Shown piece after piece: positions 39,361-42,704 of a DNA stretch of 42,704 bases. A model generated the notes under the pieces. The model did no database searches. It was not told the DNA's origin and was given only the letters and a program-made list of their open reading frames with translations. Both the position numbers and the translations under genes were made by a program. How positions within the stretch are numbered: the stretch's first letter is position 1; each line of letters opens with the position of its first letter. This DNA comes from Eledone cirrhosa (taxonomy: Eukaryota), in NCBI GenBank assembly GCA_964016885.1, contig CAXHJY010000569.1, forward strand, positions 1 to 42,704. Reading direction: 5' to 3'.

Positions 39361-39645
39361 TATATATATATATATATATATATGTGACGAAAGAACTTTG
39401 ACAATATATAAACAACTATCTGGTTGTGGAACCAACCAACCAACCAACCAGAAATTTATAAATTCCTAAATTTATAAATTTATTATAATAAATTGAAGTG
39501 AAAGCAACTGGTGCGTGTGTTTCTTATTGGCAACATGACCCTCCCAAAGTATAACAATATCGGTTTCAACACACGATTTCAGATAAAGAATCTTGCTAAA
39601 CAAATTCAGAAACGAAATATATATATATGTGTGTGTGTGTGCGTG

Positions 39646-39742
<97 letters not shown>

Positions 39743-40231
39743 AAGAGTTGGAGACGAAAGGAAGAATGTAAGAAACAATAGATTTGTTAAGTAACAATTA
39801 GACATGTTGTGAGGTGGTTACATGTAACTAGATAGTGTAATGTGTTGTGAGGTAACACATACATATATATATATATACCACATACATACCACAGATACAC
39901 ATATACACATACATACATATATACACAAATACACGCACATATACACATATACACATATACACACATACATGTCACATACACATATACACACATACACACA
40001 CATAGACACAGCCTGTCTCCTGTACTAATGCATGTTTATTAATGTATGTCTGCCTCTCTCTCTATCTCCTCTCACTCTCTCCCTCTTTCTTCCATCTCTC
40101 TCTCTCTCCTTCTCCTTTCTTTCTCTCTCTCCTTCTCCACCCTATCTCTATCTCCTCTCTCCTCTCTCTCTCTCTCTCTCAATCTACTCTCTCCCTTTCT
40201 ATCTCTATCTCATCTCTCTCTCTCTCTCTCT

Positions 40232-40276
<45 letters not shown>

Positions 40277-40373
40277 AAAGTTCTATTTAAATTGTTGGGA
40301 TACAACAAGCAAATATTTTTATAACTGATATAAAGCACTCAACAAGTATTTGGAGTAAAACTGATCTATATTA

Positions 40374-40438
40374 TATTTTGTCTGATGAAAGCACACCATA
40401 ATTTAACTTGCTGTCCTTGAAATATGTATAATGAAATA
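40374..40438 (+). ncRNA. Minimal type I hammerhead (family C; element ~40272-40458)
   Basis: tattttgt CTGATGA aagcacacca...gtcctt GAAA TATGTA TA atgaaata; stem I kept by two G-U pairs. Confidence 0.7.
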
Positions 40439-40477
40439 AATATGGTTTTATAAATATAATTTCCATTTGTTAATATC

Positions 40478-40522
<45 letters not shown>

Positions 40523-40853
40523 CCTCGTCACTTGTGTCAAGTGGGTTCCTTAGTTTTTAAGGACCAGTCTTATCTCTGCTAAGCTCAGTCACAACGCCAT
40601 GTCGTAACACAATATCCTGAATAATGTCCCCTTGATGTCGGGGTTATGGCGGTGAATTGTGCTTAGCTCGGAGTAAACGGTGTAACGGGGAAGGTGGACC
40701 TTATCTAAATCTAGACATTGTATAACTCGGAGAATAAACATCTTCTAACTGTAGACATGATATAACTCTGGAAGATAGAACCATATGGTTCTGTCAGTAG
40801 CAGTCTTAGTACCATTGGTATGTCTTGGAGTCTTCCTGCCGATGTTCGGCTCC

Positions 40854-41559
40854 ATCGGTAGAGGGTCGGACGCCATGCTTTCCAGCATAGAGTTACGTCC
40901 CTTTACGATCTGAGTTCAAATCCCGCCGAGGTTAACTTTGTCTTTCATCCTTACAGGGTCGATAGAATAAAGTACCAGTAATACACTGGAGTAATTGCTG
41001 GCCTTGTGCCAAAAGTAGAACAATTATTAGTAGAGGCATTATCGGACGCCATGCTTAGCAGCACAGAGTTACGGCCCTTTATGATCTGAATTTAAATCCC
41101 GTCAAGGTTAACTTTGCCTTTCATCTTTACAGGGTCGATAGAATAAAGTACCAGTAATACACTGGAGTAATTGCTGGCCTTGTGCCAAAAGTAGAAACAA
41201 TTATTAGTAGAGGCATTATCGGACGCCATGCTTAGCAGCACAGAGTTACGGCCCTTTACGATCTGAATTTAAATCCCGCCAAGGTTAACTTTGCCTTTCA
41301 TCCTTACAGGGTCGATAAAATAAAGTACCAGTAATACACTGGAGTAATTGCTGGCCTTGTGCCAAAAGTAGAACAATTATTAGTAGAGGCATTATCGGAC
41401 GCCATGCTTAGCAGCACAGAGTTACGGCCCTTTACGATCTGAATTTAAATCCCGCCAAGGTTAACTTTGCCTTTCATCCTTACAGGGTCGATAAAATAAA
41501 GTACCAGTTATACACTGGAGTAATTGCTGGCCTTGTGCCAAACGTAGAAACAATTATTA
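40854..41559 (+). mobile_element. Tandem array of four SINE units (~176-177 bp)
   Basis: Units 40854-41029, 41030-41206, 41207-41382 and 41383-41559. Confidence 0.93.
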
Positions 41560-42091
41560 ATTAAAACTCTATCGAGAATATTCTTCGAATTAGTATTCCA
41601 AACGTTAAAGAAATTTGAGCCCCAGAAAGGGAAGATGACATTTCACATTTAGATTGACCAATAGTGGGACAATGCTTTATATAATGTGTCTATGTGTGTG
41701 TGCGTCTCTCTCTCTCGCTCTCACTTTCTCTCTCTCCCTCTCTCTCACTTTCTCTCTCTCTCTCTTTCTCTCTCTCTATCTCCCTCTATCTCTCTCTCTC
41801 TCTGCGTGTGTGTATGTGTGAATGTGAACCTCTTCTTGTTGCATATTTCTATGAACTATGAAAGTATGAAAGACACCCAGATGAGGAGGAAGGGTGTAAT
41901 AAGAATGAGAGAAAGTTCTGCTACTCGGTAGAGCAGTGTATGAGCGGCACACATGGAAACTTAATTAGAGCCAAGTTCACAACCACGTCAGCTTTCCCTG
42001 CCAATTCCACAATAAAAACTGTAGTTATCGAGTGAAAACCAGAATACCAGCTGTAGATGATATATATATATATATACATCGTATATCTATA

Positions 42092-42126
<35 letters not shown>

Positions 42127-42129
42127 CAA

Positions 42130-42206
<77 letters not shown>

Positions 42207-42315
42207 CACCTGATATATATATACACCAGATATATATACACCAGAATCTAACAAATATAAATGATGACAAGGTGTTATGAACATGTAAATGTGTGTATAT
42301 GTATGTATATGTATG

Positions 42316-42393
<78 letters not shown>

Positions 42394-42704
42394 TATATAC
42401 ATATACATATATATATATATACATATACATGTATATATATATATACATATATGTATATATAAATATATATACATATATACATATATATACATACATATGT
42501 ACATATATATATAAATTATATATATATAAATAAATATATATATATATATATACATATATACATACATGTCATATGTACATGTATACATACATATACATAC
42601 ATATACATACATACATATACATACGTATACATACATATACATATATATACACACAGACACCTATGTTTCATTATAATTCTTGTTCCATACCGATCAGTGA
42701 AGCG

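Overview
This is AT-rich, eukaryotic non-coding DNA saturated with microsatellites. The (TA)n/(CA)n/(GA)n/(TATG)n load and the SINE families resemble an octopus or other coleoid cephalopod genome (inference from recalled repeat sequences). I found no credible host gene; nearly all listed ORFs are microsatellite translations. Recognisable repeats are about 20 copies or fragments of a tRNA-headed SINE (including a 4-unit tandem array and a near-perfect inverted pair), an RTE-clade LINE 3' end, a deleted Tc1/mariner transposase, piggyBac-like and pogo/Tigger-like MITEs, and several minisatellites. The main signal is that many short 'islands' embedded in (TA)n tracts carry type I hammerhead ribozyme (HHR) motifs: CUGANGA-stem II-GAAA-short, often palindromic stem III-UH, closed by stem I. 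About 15 have both core boxes (some degenerate) and about 10 are 3'-half-only, across several distinct families. Many sit in head-to-head fold-back structures, several turning at HHR stem II, and they share a downstream 'TTGAGTRC'-like motif. This looks like a diverse set of non-autonomous, TA-associated, Penelope-like/retrozyme-type elements. Ribozyme activity is predicted from sequence only.
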